Positions 39,943 to 51,050 of a stretch of DNA of 64,000 nt are shown here, piece by piece. Position 1 is the stretch's first letter, and every line of letters starts with the position of its first letter. The stretch lies in assembly GCF_009914755.1 (NCBI RefSeq), contig NC_060927.1. The stretch is one strand, 5' to 3'. The notes under the pieces were generated by a model, which was given only the letters and a program-made list of their open reading frames with translations, was not told the DNA's origin and searched no databases. The DNA is from the human T2T-CHM13v2.0 reference genome, Homo sapiens. The position numbers were made by a program, and so were the translations under genes.

Positions 39943-40794
39943 GCATTTACTTTTATATCTGCCTGGTACACTCTTTTCCTAAATATTCTTAAGTCATGCT
40001 TTCTTCTTTCTGGTCTACGCTAAAATGTAACAGCAGTTCTATTTCTATTTTGTTACCCTGAATTACTTTTTCATGGGTTTGAGGGTGTAAAATTCTCATC
40101 CTTCTAGGAAAGAATTGATTGTTCACTCCTTGCATTAACAATCAAACGAGTAACAATCAAAACTAGTATTAAACCTGCTTAATCAATCAATGATTGATTA
40201 CAAAAGTACACACACTCTGAAAGACAATTGGAAACATCTTCTTTACATGATTTCTGAAAATCAGATAATCAGCAATAGCTTTAGTCCAGTGAATAGATTC
40301 CTAAGGGTCAGCCAGTCAGTGAACATATTTACATAGCTAAAGTCAATACTCCAGCATTTAAACTCCACACTTTCCCAAAACCTTATATAATTTACCTTCT
40401 TTGCTTATAAATTGTGTCTTGCAAAACCAGTTCTCCCTTGCCTGAACAAGTAATAAGTTCAGCTTATTGTTTTAGATATTGAGTGGTAGATTCCTTGTCA
40501 ATATTTGTGGTTATCTATGGTAACCTTAACGTGTTGTTATCTGTTGGTTTATTATCAACTCTATTCTATGTAAGCTCCACAAAGGCAGGAACCTTGTTGC
40601 TTTTGTTTACTGTTATAACTTAATGCTGACATTGATGCCTAGTGCAGTGTATGCATTCCAGAAATATTTGTTGAAGAGAGTTTAGAGCAGGGACAATGTA
40701 CCATTGAATATAATATCCCCAGTGCCTAATATGGAGCCTAGTACATAGAAGTGGTTTCAAAAATATTAGCTAAATAAGTGAATGAATAAGAAAA

Positions 40795-41020
40795 AGTTCA
40801 AGAGTGACTATAGTTAATAACAATGTTTTGTATTCTTGAAGATTGCTAGTAGTAGATTTTAAGTGTTCTCAGCACAAAACAAAGTGAGATAATGCCTATG
40901 TTAATTAGCTCAAGTTAGCCATTCTACAATGTATAGATATATTTCAATACATCATGTTGTACATGATAAATATTACACTTTTATTGGTCAATTATACAAT
41001 AAATAAAAATGAAAAAAATG
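40795..41020 (+). mobile_element. L1MA 3' end
   Basis: GTGACTATAGTTAATAACAATG..GTAGATTTTAAGTGTTCTCA..TATGTTAATTAGCT..AATAAA followed by an A tail. Confidence 0.7.
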
Positions 41021-41315
41021 ATTAATTGTCCATGTATTATTTAACACATTTTTAGGAACATCCTTGAAGTAAACCAGAAATTATTCAGATCTTAATGGGT
41101 CCACATCTAGTTCTCTTAAACTCACTTCTCTTTTTAGAAATATTCTAGTTGAAAAGATACCCACTTTCCTTTTTTGACATCTCTTTTTGAAAGACTTAAA
41201 GGCATTACAATTTCAATGACTAAAACTGAACCTATGCTCTTCCCCTAAACCAGATCCTCTTTTAATATTTCCTCTGTCAGTAAATGGCATAGGCCAGAAA
41301 TCCTTTCTCCCTCAC

Positions 41316-41822
41316 AGAGAGTAGGTAGGAAGAAACTAGACAGGTAGTCAGTTAGGGTGGGTCCTGGGTTGAATTCTTTCAAACAAAAGAACAGCCTGCA
41401 GGCATAAATAAGGGAACTTGCATAGGAGGGCTTGCCTAAGACATGGCCTCACTGCATAGATAAGACAGGCCACACAGCTGACTTGCCCAGACATGTCTGC
41501 AATGGAAAATTCCATCCCCTGACACATATGCAGTAAGGGGAACAAAGCAATATGGAGTAACTCAAGGTAAGGGCCTGCATGCACACTAGGAGGACAGAGT
41601 GGAGCTACCAGAAATTTGTACTTTATGCAAATTAGATGCCCAGCCCTCATTGGTTTCTTAAAAAAGCCTCTGTATTCAACTGTAAAATGGCAACTCTTTT
41701 CTGGGACCCTTCTCTGTGGCAGAGAGCTTTCTCTCTTTCTTTTGCTTATTAAACTGCTGCTCTAACCTCACCCTTGGCATGTCGCCTTCTTGATTTTCTC
41801 AGCTGTGAGACAAAGAACTTTG
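41316..41822 (+). mobile_element. ERV1 LTR, MER61-like, carrying p53 motifs
   Basis: CAGTTAGGGTGGGTCCT..GAATTCTTTCAAACAAAAGAACAGCCTG; RRRCWWGYYY clusters; ATTAAA poly(A) signal; family assignment from recall. Confidence 0.6.
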
Positions 41823-42300
41823 GAAAAATTTAGTTTGTAGTTTAAAAGAGAATAGCCCTTACCAGAACAAAACTGTCTCTATAAATCTAATGAAAGGCCA
41901 CCAGGTTAAAAGGATGAAAGGGGCCTGAACTCTGCTAAGATGTAGGTGTAATTAAATGATTACCAACCATTATACTGCAGGTCACAAGATTTACAACTTT
42001 CCCAATTACTCCTGTAAATACCATTACTATTGTAGAAACTAAGATTGGCTTTTTGAGATGTCTTTTCAGGCTTTTGCATTTCAAATAACCGAATGGTCCT
42101 GCCTAGACCAGCAACTCCTCTGTGGCTTCCACCCAGAAGTGGACTCAGTGCATGAAGACCATTTTCCACACCCCTACGTTTGTATCCCCAACCAATCAGC
42201 AGCACCCATTCCCTAGCCCCCTGCTTGCCAAATGATTCTTGAAAAACCCTAGCCTTCAAATGTTCAGGGAGGCTGATTTGAGTGCTAATTAAATCCAGCA
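41823..42300 (+). mobile_element. LTR8-like ERV1 LTR fragment
   Basis: CTAATGAAAGGCCACCAGG..GGTCACAAGATTT..AAGATTGGCTTTTTGAGATGTCTTTTCAG..CCCCAACCAATCAGCAGCACCC. Confidence 0.65.
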
Positions 42301-44999
42301 TCACTCCCTCCTTCTCTGACCAAGTCAAATTGCCATATCTTAGCATCTTGTCCCTCTCCATTAAACACTTCTCATATCTGAAACGTAATCTGTGTTCTTG
42401 TCATTATTGGATTAAAAGCTATCTCTTCAACTAAACTGTTACCACTGTAAGAGAAGGGTCTACTTATTGGCATGTAAGAGCAAGTAAATAAATATTTATT
42501 TAAATGAATGAATGAATGAGAGTTGTGTGAATCTGGTCAAGTTTTTCCCAGTAAACACAGTAAACAGAGTTGGAGCCTGTATTCTGGGGTTGTCCTGGGG
42601 ACAAGAGGCAGTAGTGCACTAGGAAACACTGTTGTACAAGTATCAGTCCTGGTCTAGAGCTGCATGCTTTTCACTAAAAATCATAAGGTCTGGCTAGTCT
42701 CTCATGGACTTATGTTTGGTGGAAAAGGGAAAAGTAGAGCATGAAAGAGATAAGAAGATCAATTTTACCTTTAATAAGAAAGGAGAGACAGAATGGGTCT
42801 CAGTTTATTGTACTATGCCAACTTGGAAGCAAAGCGCTACATCAGGTTTTTATTTAAATGCAGCCAATTTTTAAATGAGTGATATATTCTAAGAAGGATT
42901 TTAATCTTTAGTGAGTCTCCCTTTGGTGTAAGTGTTGAATAGCTCTGTCCAATATTTTAGGGTTCATTTAATATTAAAAAAAGTCTCCAAAGCAGTTTAT
43001 CATGGTAAAATGCAGCACTTACAAATGATAATTTCTTTTTCCCATTTTTGCCCCATGGTGAAAATCTCAGCTGTTGCTGCTATGACATCAGTTATAAAAA
43101 TCTTATATTTTAGAAACCAAAAGTAAAGGACAAGAGAAGATAGGAAAGCAAGATTATCTTTAGGAAGAAAATTTGGGACATGAAGCAGGAGTGCTGGGTG
43201 GGAAGGGGGGAAGACAATTTCCCAGGCAGTCATCCTCATACTGACTGATTTTCCTTTGTTATCATTTCGTTACCCTACCAGAAATTTATATAAAGCATGG
43301 TGCCTGGCATGTTATTTGTCCTCCATTTTATTAGTTAATGAGCATCAGCTTTAAAAGTGTAATTTACTTTAGCTGATTATAAGAAAACCATAAATCCCAT
43401 ATATTTGAAATGCAATAGATTGAGAGGAAAGGGAAGGAATGCTAAGCTCTTCTTCATCATCACCAGAGTTCTTCAAGGTAATATGAGAATCTCAAGGAGA
43501 TCCCCAAAGATCACAGTTTAAGGTTGCAGCACTGGCAAACAGCAAAATTAGATTCCAGGTTATGTCTATTGCATACAAGGTTTTTGTTCCCTTCTATGAC
43601 TGCATTGCTTCCAGAATGAAGGTGATACCAGTTACACTGAAAAAATAAATGGTATGACTGGGAGAAAGGTCGCATGTGATTTTAAAATATAGTTATTTTT
43701 TGGTAGTTAATTCCTAAACTACTCCGCCTCAGGTACAAGATATGTTATGGTCGATTGAGGCAATGTATATTCTTTGCATGCCAAAGGAGGGGGTTATCAG
43801 AAAATGTTAAGGTGTAAATAAGGAAAAAGAAACTGAAGAATACTGAACCAGAGTATGGGGGAGAGAAGCTTTTCATTTTTATGTTATACAGCATAAAGCC
43901 CTTACTCCAGAGCCTAGAACTAAATTGATATTTGTGTGTTCTCTGGGGAACTTACTACCACCCATAATATTATTTCTAGGAAATGATCATCTCCTAATTT
44001 CAAATGACTCTAACTTGACTAACTTAGTAACAGATGTTTAGCACACATTCTCTTTTTCTAAGTGAAGAATCGCCTGGAATTTCTTGAAACACCCTTATAC
44101 ATGCATAAAACTGTAGGTGGTATTTGTGTAAGTCTAAAATAGAGCCTACATGGCTTCATGGTACCTTGCTTAAAAGAAATCTGTTCCATTTGGAAGAAAG
44201 AGAGAATAATTATTGTCATTCATAACAAATTTTCCTTTTGTGTAGGTTTTGGAGATATGTTGATAACTAGTGGATAGTAATCAGGAAAACTCCATAAATG
44301 TTGAAGTGAAATATATTAATTTAATTGAATGTACTGGACTCTTTTACTTCTGCATTTGACTCATGGATTAAGATTTTATTTATTTGGTTTCCTTTGCTTG
44401 TTTTTAAGTCTTTGAGTTGTCTATTTTTCAGAGCCTTAGATCCCTTAATTGATTGAATTTTCACTGCAAATAGATAAAATTCCTGCTAGACAACACTGCA
44501 GGTCTTAGAGGTCTATTTATATGCTTATTTAAATCTCTGGCATAAGTAGGTATTTAAAGCATGCTTTGGTTTGTAAATACTAGTTTCTTTATGGAATGTA
44601 ACTGTGCCTCTTACCACTAGAATGAATTGATACCATCTATCTTCCTCTTCATCTTTAGATATACTATTTACCCAACTTTTAACTTTTCCAGTGTAAAGTA
44701 ATAATATCTCACTACAATAAGAAAATTAATAAACAAAGTATAAAGGGACTACTTTTGAAAAAATGTTTTAGAAACTCAGTCCTTTTGATTAGTAACCAGC
44801 CTTAGTACCAGAAAAACTTCAAAGTGTTCTCTAAACATTGAATTTTCATCAGTGATGCTGCAAGCCTTAGTTCTCATCTTTCATGCTTACCATTGCAATA
44901 ACTTCAAAAGGATAAAAAGAAAGAATGGTAATCTCTCAAAGCAACCTTGTGCTCAGGCCAGTAATCACGTATTTAGCTATCATGCATTCACAACTAGAT

Positions 45000-45106
45000 A
45001 ATTGCCTCATTAAACTGTTTTAATAAATATAATAATTAACATTTTTTTTAACAAAAAAGCAAACATTCAAACCATTCAGAAATGAAATCCAGAGCCCAAG
45101 GGATTT
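45000..45106 (-). other. PLSCR5: PLSCR5 predicted terminal 3'UTR exon 8
   Basis: Acceptor TTTTTCATTTTCTTCTAG| (AG at 45108-45107) after donor TCA|GTAAGT (GT at 45193-45192); ATTAAA at 45024-45019. Confidence 0.55.
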
Positions 45107-45237
45107 CTAGAAGAAAATGAAAAAGAATTAGATAGCGTCAAATATAGACATCTTCAAAGGGAAAGAGATCATTTAAACTTGCTTTTTACTTACTGAAATA
45201 TGTTCTGCATATTTTATTGTTTTCATTATCTTGGTTA

Positions 45238-45276
45238 TTATAATCCAGCCAGTGAATGTTCAAAGAACATAAAATC
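45238..45276 (-). CDS. PLSCR5: PLSCR5 last coding exon: DFMFFEHSLAGL* (exon probably 45194-45276)
   Basis: Acceptor TTTGTAG|GAT; in frame with exon 6; TAA stop at 45240-45238. Confidence 0.9.
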   Translation of the reverse strand, partial: DFMFFEHSLAGL

Positions 45277-45383
45277 CTACAAATAAGTAAACTGAATATA
45301 AGTGAATTTACAAAAAGACAACAATTAAGATCAAAAGTTTGACATGCAAGCTTTGATTATGTAAAGCAATTATATTTCCAGTG

Positions 45384-45655
45384 GTGTTCCAGTATTATGA
45401 TTTAACAGAAGAAGAAAAATTTAAAAGTCTTAAGCTTTACAACATTTTATTTTCATGTTGAATTTTCAGAGTATAAGTAACTTAGAAACCCTATCTGAAT
45501 CTGCATGGTATTGTCAAAGTGTTCCAGTATTATATGATTTATCTGGAGAAGAAAAATTTTAAAATTTTAAGCTTCGTGACTTTTTATTTTCATGTTGAAT
45601 TTTCAGAGTATAAGTAACTTGGAAACTTTATCTAAATCTGCATAGTATTGTCAAA
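45384..45655 (+). repeat. Tandem duplication, units 45384-45518 and 45519-45655
   Basis: GTGTTCCAGTATTAT..TTTTATTTTCATGTTGAATTTTCAGAGTATAAGTAACTT..GTATTGTCAAA occurs twice. Confidence 0.9.
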
Positions 45656-46249
45656 CTTTTGGGTGATAAACCCTTTGCAGAATTAGACTGTATGCATTCT
45701 GGGTCAGTGTAGGAAGTTATAATGGATACGAATATTTGAACAAAAATTAGATATATTACCAGAGATAATGTGGTCAGCAATAGGTGGTTATTTGAGGGAG
45801 TACTGAAAACTACACCAGAGAGAACTCAAAGAGTGAGTGGTGAGTTGGAGGAGTGGTGGGTTGTGAAGCCGTATCTTGGAAACAGAAGAGACCAAAAATT
45901 AGATTTCATTTGTGAATTTAGATTTGTATTTAAATGAGGAAATAACCTTATACCAGCAGCTTTCTAAAGCTTTCACCTGAATAAAATAGAAACAGCAATT
46001 AAAAATTAAAAACATAATTCTTTCTATAAAATTATGTATAAGGAAAGTAATTTATCTTGGTAATACATGTAAGAAATAGTTTTATAAGCTATATTGGCTG
46101 GCAAAAAAAGGCAAATGTTTTACAATATGATGGTAAAAAGAAAAAAAGAGAAATGAATGGGAGTCATTAACTATTCTCAGTGAACATTTCTCCCTTAAAT
46201 GCTGGAGTTTAAAAGTTATCCTTTTAGATGATTAGGGTATTATCTAGAT

Positions 46250-46410
46250 CAGTGCTTCTTAAATTTATAGCGCATAGAGGAAGCACCTGGGCATCTTGTT
46301 CAAGTGCAGGTCCTGATGCATCTGGGGTGGGATCTGAGATTCTTTGCTTTGAGCGAGCTTCTAGGTGGTGCAGATGCTTGAACTTTGCACCACACTTTGA
46401 GTATGACCTA
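46250..46410. mobile_element. MER5A-type hAT element
   Basis: CAGTGCTTCTTAAA..CACCTGGG..TCTGGGGTGGGATCTGAGATTC..ACCACACTTTGAGTA. Confidence 0.7.
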
Positions 46411-47353
46411 GATCAACCTTTACGGAACCTACATCTCATCAATCTCTCAAAGCATATGGACTAAGAAATACATGCTTTTTCAAGAAGAACATATGTTTAG
46501 AGGGTTTCTGAAACAATAAGAAAAACTGATAAGGTTTAAAATACAGAGAACTGTAGTTCCAATTTTGGCAGTACATTTTAACTATCAGCTTGTTATGTAA
46601 AATAGGTGAGTAGGGCAGATTAAAAAGGATCTATTTCTAAATATTAACGTTAAGTGTGGGGCTTAATCAGAAAGGCCTAATGAAGATCTTGGGGAAAGGG
46701 TGTGTGTGTGGAGGGGTTGGTGTTGAAGTCAGAATGATCAAAGATGGGAACAGTAAGCAAAGGAAGGGTGACAAGTTAAAAGCACTGTCCAGTGGATAGA
46801 GGAGAATAGGGAAGAGATGACATTAGGCAACAGGCAAGGTGGACTAAGCTGGTTAGATTTGCAGATGAAAATGGGAGTTGAGAGTAAGTGACAACTTAGT
46901 AAGTTTAAAAACCAAGCACTCTATAGATATTACTTCCATCTTCTACCAATAATAGGAGACTGGTAAGTTAAAATAATTCCTCTGAAATCCTGGAGAAATA
47001 ATCCTAATATACATACTTGTATATGTATATGTATATGTATATATGCATATATATATACATATATATCTATGTATTAAATTCTGAGTTTCAGTGAAGTCAT
47101 CAGGGAATAATTTTTAGTTCATATATTTTCCAAATATCATTAGAAGAGACTCAGTAAATAGGGCATTAATGTAAACCATCAGATTTAGCATTCTGAAACC
47201 CCAGAAAACAATAAAACATGAGAAGGAATTTAAGCTTTATAAAAATTTCATGATTACCAAAAGTGCATAACCTGAATCTAACCATGACACAAACTGAAAT
47301 TAGGCCACAGTTTACAAAATAATTGGCTTATGCACTTAAAAAATGCCAATGTC

Positions 47354-47752
<399 letters not shown>

Positions 47753-48820
47753 TTAGGAACAGTTCCAGGTGAAAAGAAACAAATGAGATGTGACAAAATG
47801 GACATACTTCATGATCTTGGATTTTCTATTGTCAGAAAGGACATCATTATGCAAATCAGTGCAAACCGAATAAAGTCTGTAGATTAGATAATAGCATTGA
47901 ATCAGTGTTTAGTGCCTGACTTTGACAATAGTACTGTGATGTGTAAAAAAATTCCTTGTTTTTAGGAAATGCACACTAATATAATTAGGGGAAAAGGCAT
48001 CATGTCTGCAACCTACTCTCAACTCTTATGCTGTTTGTTTTAATCACTTATGTGTGTGCCTGTGTATACACATCTTTTTCATGTATTTATAGAAAATACA
48101 TGTGTTTATATTATCAACAAATAAAAACTCCATAAGTTTTTATGGCTGCATTGAAAATGGTAGGAAATTAGGTAAATATTAGAGGGAAAACTAAGAACAG
48201 GATATAGGTCAAGCATTTTGATACAGGTATTATTTGACTTCTGTTCTTCTATCACCAATCTCCATATACCAAAGAAGAAAAGGTTTTCAATATAATTGTA
48301 AGTTGGAAAGTAATAACAAGAACATAGTATCTTAGAAATAATGGCAACTGGTACCTATTAACTCATCAAATCATTTCATGTGTCTATGTTCATACTGAGA
48401 AGGCAACATTCTTAATATCATCTAGCTCACTATTATGCAATGAACCAGTCTGGAACTTTATCCAGGATAAATCATGTGATATTTATGTTTGCATATTTTT
48501 TAGTTCAAGTGAAAATAAGCCAAAAATCTAAATTGAACGTAAAAGCAAGGGGAAACTAGGTTTTAAAGAAATGATGAATAGGATGTGATAACACTTCAAT
48601 CTTTGAGAAAGGGGATATGAGATCACTGAAGAGGGGCTGCCTAACAGAAATGCAGGGTTCTAAATTCTAATTTTTGAAGAACATTGGTCCTAAGCTATCC
48701 TTCTATGAATAAAATATACACTTTGGGGGTAAAAACTGTGTAAATGGGATAGGCTATATTGTAATTAACAAGCAAGAGGGAGAATAACAAATCACTCATG
48801 CTCTCAAAGCCCATACTTAC

Positions 48821-48982
48821 AAAGAGAAAACAGGCACCGATCATTGCTGCTTTGACTGTTACATCTAGATCTGCAGGAACATGAATTCCGAAATTGTCAG
48901 CATTTGTGAAGACATCATTTACAAATCCTGACCAGTACTTTGAAATCTTCCCAATTGTAAGCTTTTCATTAATGGTTTTCAC
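48821..48982 (-). CDS. PLSCR5: PLSCR5 exon 6: VKTINEK..GKISKYWSG..NADNFGIHVPADLDVTVKAAMIGACFLF
   Basis: AAG|GTG acceptor, TTT|GTAAGT donor, 162 nt; scramblase NLS-like, Ca-binding-like and C-terminal helix motifs. Confidence 0.95.
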
Positions 48983-50888
48983 CTTTAGAAAGAAAATAAG
49001 GAGTATTAAATTTGAAAGTGAAAAAAGTTGGTTTTATACTTCTGAGGGTGTTTACTTCATGAGAGATTTGAATTATTTTATTTGTCATCTTCAAAATGAC
49101 AATTCCATGTTACTCATTCCATCATATAAGCATAGGTTTGTAAATTTAGCTTTTCAGTTTACTTTTTAGAAACTTTGCTTTTTTGACAGTTTTCTAGTCC
49201 ATCATAATTCTTTTTCTTTTTTGTATGCAGATGGAGAATATCAGGATAAATAATTAAGGCTCAGCCACCACAAGATGGCAGCAGGTACATAGTTCAATTG
49301 TATCATCTAAGCATGAAGGCGATTTCTTTACTTGAGGTCCAGATTTTAAACCTGAATTCTCCATCTTAAAAATGTAAAAGAAGATATGTTTGAAAAAATA
49401 TTTCAGAAGGAATTAAATTAATTTCTAGGCATAATTTGTAAACTTTCAAATTTCAGTTGCTAAAATTTTATAATTATTAAAACATTTAAATATTATTGGC
49501 CATTGTTAAATCACATTTTTATATTATACTCAGACATTTATTAGGTCAATACTTTCTAACAAATCCTAAATCCTATTTTTACATTAAAAAAATCCTCCTG
49601 GTTAATGTACCATATAGGAAGTTAAGACCAACTAGACATCAATCAGTCCTTCTCAGCTAGAAGGAGTTCACAAATCAACTTTATCAGCTATTTGTTTGTT
49701 TATTCTGCTTCCCATCCTGATGCTGAAAGTAATTCAAGAGAAACTATCACTTTTTTCAGGGTAGTAAAAGATAGAGAATAGAGAGGGTTACTTAGGACAT
49801 TTCTATAGCATGAATGCTAAAACTCTTATGTTTAAAGTCCTCCTCAATCATATTACTCGTAGGAAAGTCATGCCAAATCCTTTGGGGATAGGGTGAAGTT
49901 GGAACAGCTCAGTTTGCAAAATTTGCATTGTATTCTACGTGCATAGTGTTTCCTGAAGTCCTGAGAACTAAATGCTCTTGCTGAGATATTTATGTATGAA
50001 TGGATGAAAAATAAATATACACTTTCAATTAGGCTGTCTCCTCTACCTAAGTTGTATGTCCAGGACAACCTGTTAAGATAGTTTATATTGCTACAGATCA
50101 AATTTACAACTTTCTATTTTTTAAATATTCAATTTATACAAATACGAGAATAAGGTTTTTTTTTTGTTTTTTTTTTTTTGTTTTTTTTACAAAACTAACT
50201 TAGCAAGTCTTAGAAACACAGCTTTTGAGTTAATGCTGTTTTAATGTAACGTGCTGCTGAAATGAGATCTAAACTGGGATATGTGATCTCAAGGCCCATA
50301 GGAAAGAAGATACATAATTTAGGTGATTCTAAACTATATATATTGGCTTTATGCCATGTGTCCTGTGATTCTACATAAATAAAACATACTGAAACAAGAA
50401 TGAAGTGCTAATTTTCAAAATCAGGAAATATTGGTTATCTTAAAAAGGCAAAGCTATGTGTCCAAAAATTTTTGATGTTCAAAGTCTTGCACACATTAAA
50501 ATAGCAACACATTTACTATTCTAATCAAAGAGATATAGTAGCTTTGTCCATAAAACACATAGAATTATATTTAGCTAAACATGCTTTTATTATAGTAAAA
50601 TTTATTAAAATTACTTTGGATAATACTTACACTGGTCTATGACAGATATGATGGCCAAGGTGATAAATTTTGTAATATTATTTTTAAAAAATCCTTGGAC
50701 TTTATATCTCTGGATTTACATATTCCTATTCTTAGCATGTACAATATGGGCTGATTACATTATATTACAAATATGTCATTTTCTGAACTTATTTTAAATG
50801 AAATTAATTTGAACATAAAAAAATTGAATTATGTTGCAAAAAAAAATCAGGACCTAAATGAAAACTTCTTTCATTTTGTCAATTGTAC

Positions 50889-51050
50889 CTCAAAATCCAC
50901 ATCGCCAAAACAGCCACATGTCACACAAGGACCAACAATTTTCAAAATATCTTCTTTGTTTGCATTTTGGATTGTGAATTTAGGCAGAAAGGGGTCCCAC
51001 TTCTGCGTAACGTAACCAACTATAGTACCAGGAGGGGCTTGGATTTCTAA
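50889..51050 (-). CDS. PLSCR5: PLSCR5 exon 5: LEIQAPPGTIVGYVTQKWDPFLPKF..GPCVTCGCFGDVDFE
   Basis: CTTACAG|TTA acceptor, GAG|GTACAA donor, 162 nt; scramblase motifs. Confidence 0.95.

Noticed and set aside
45384-45655. CRISPR-like array (also considered for 34471-35457)
   Set aside because: Only two diverged long units with no repeat-spacer periodicity, in eukaryotic DNA.
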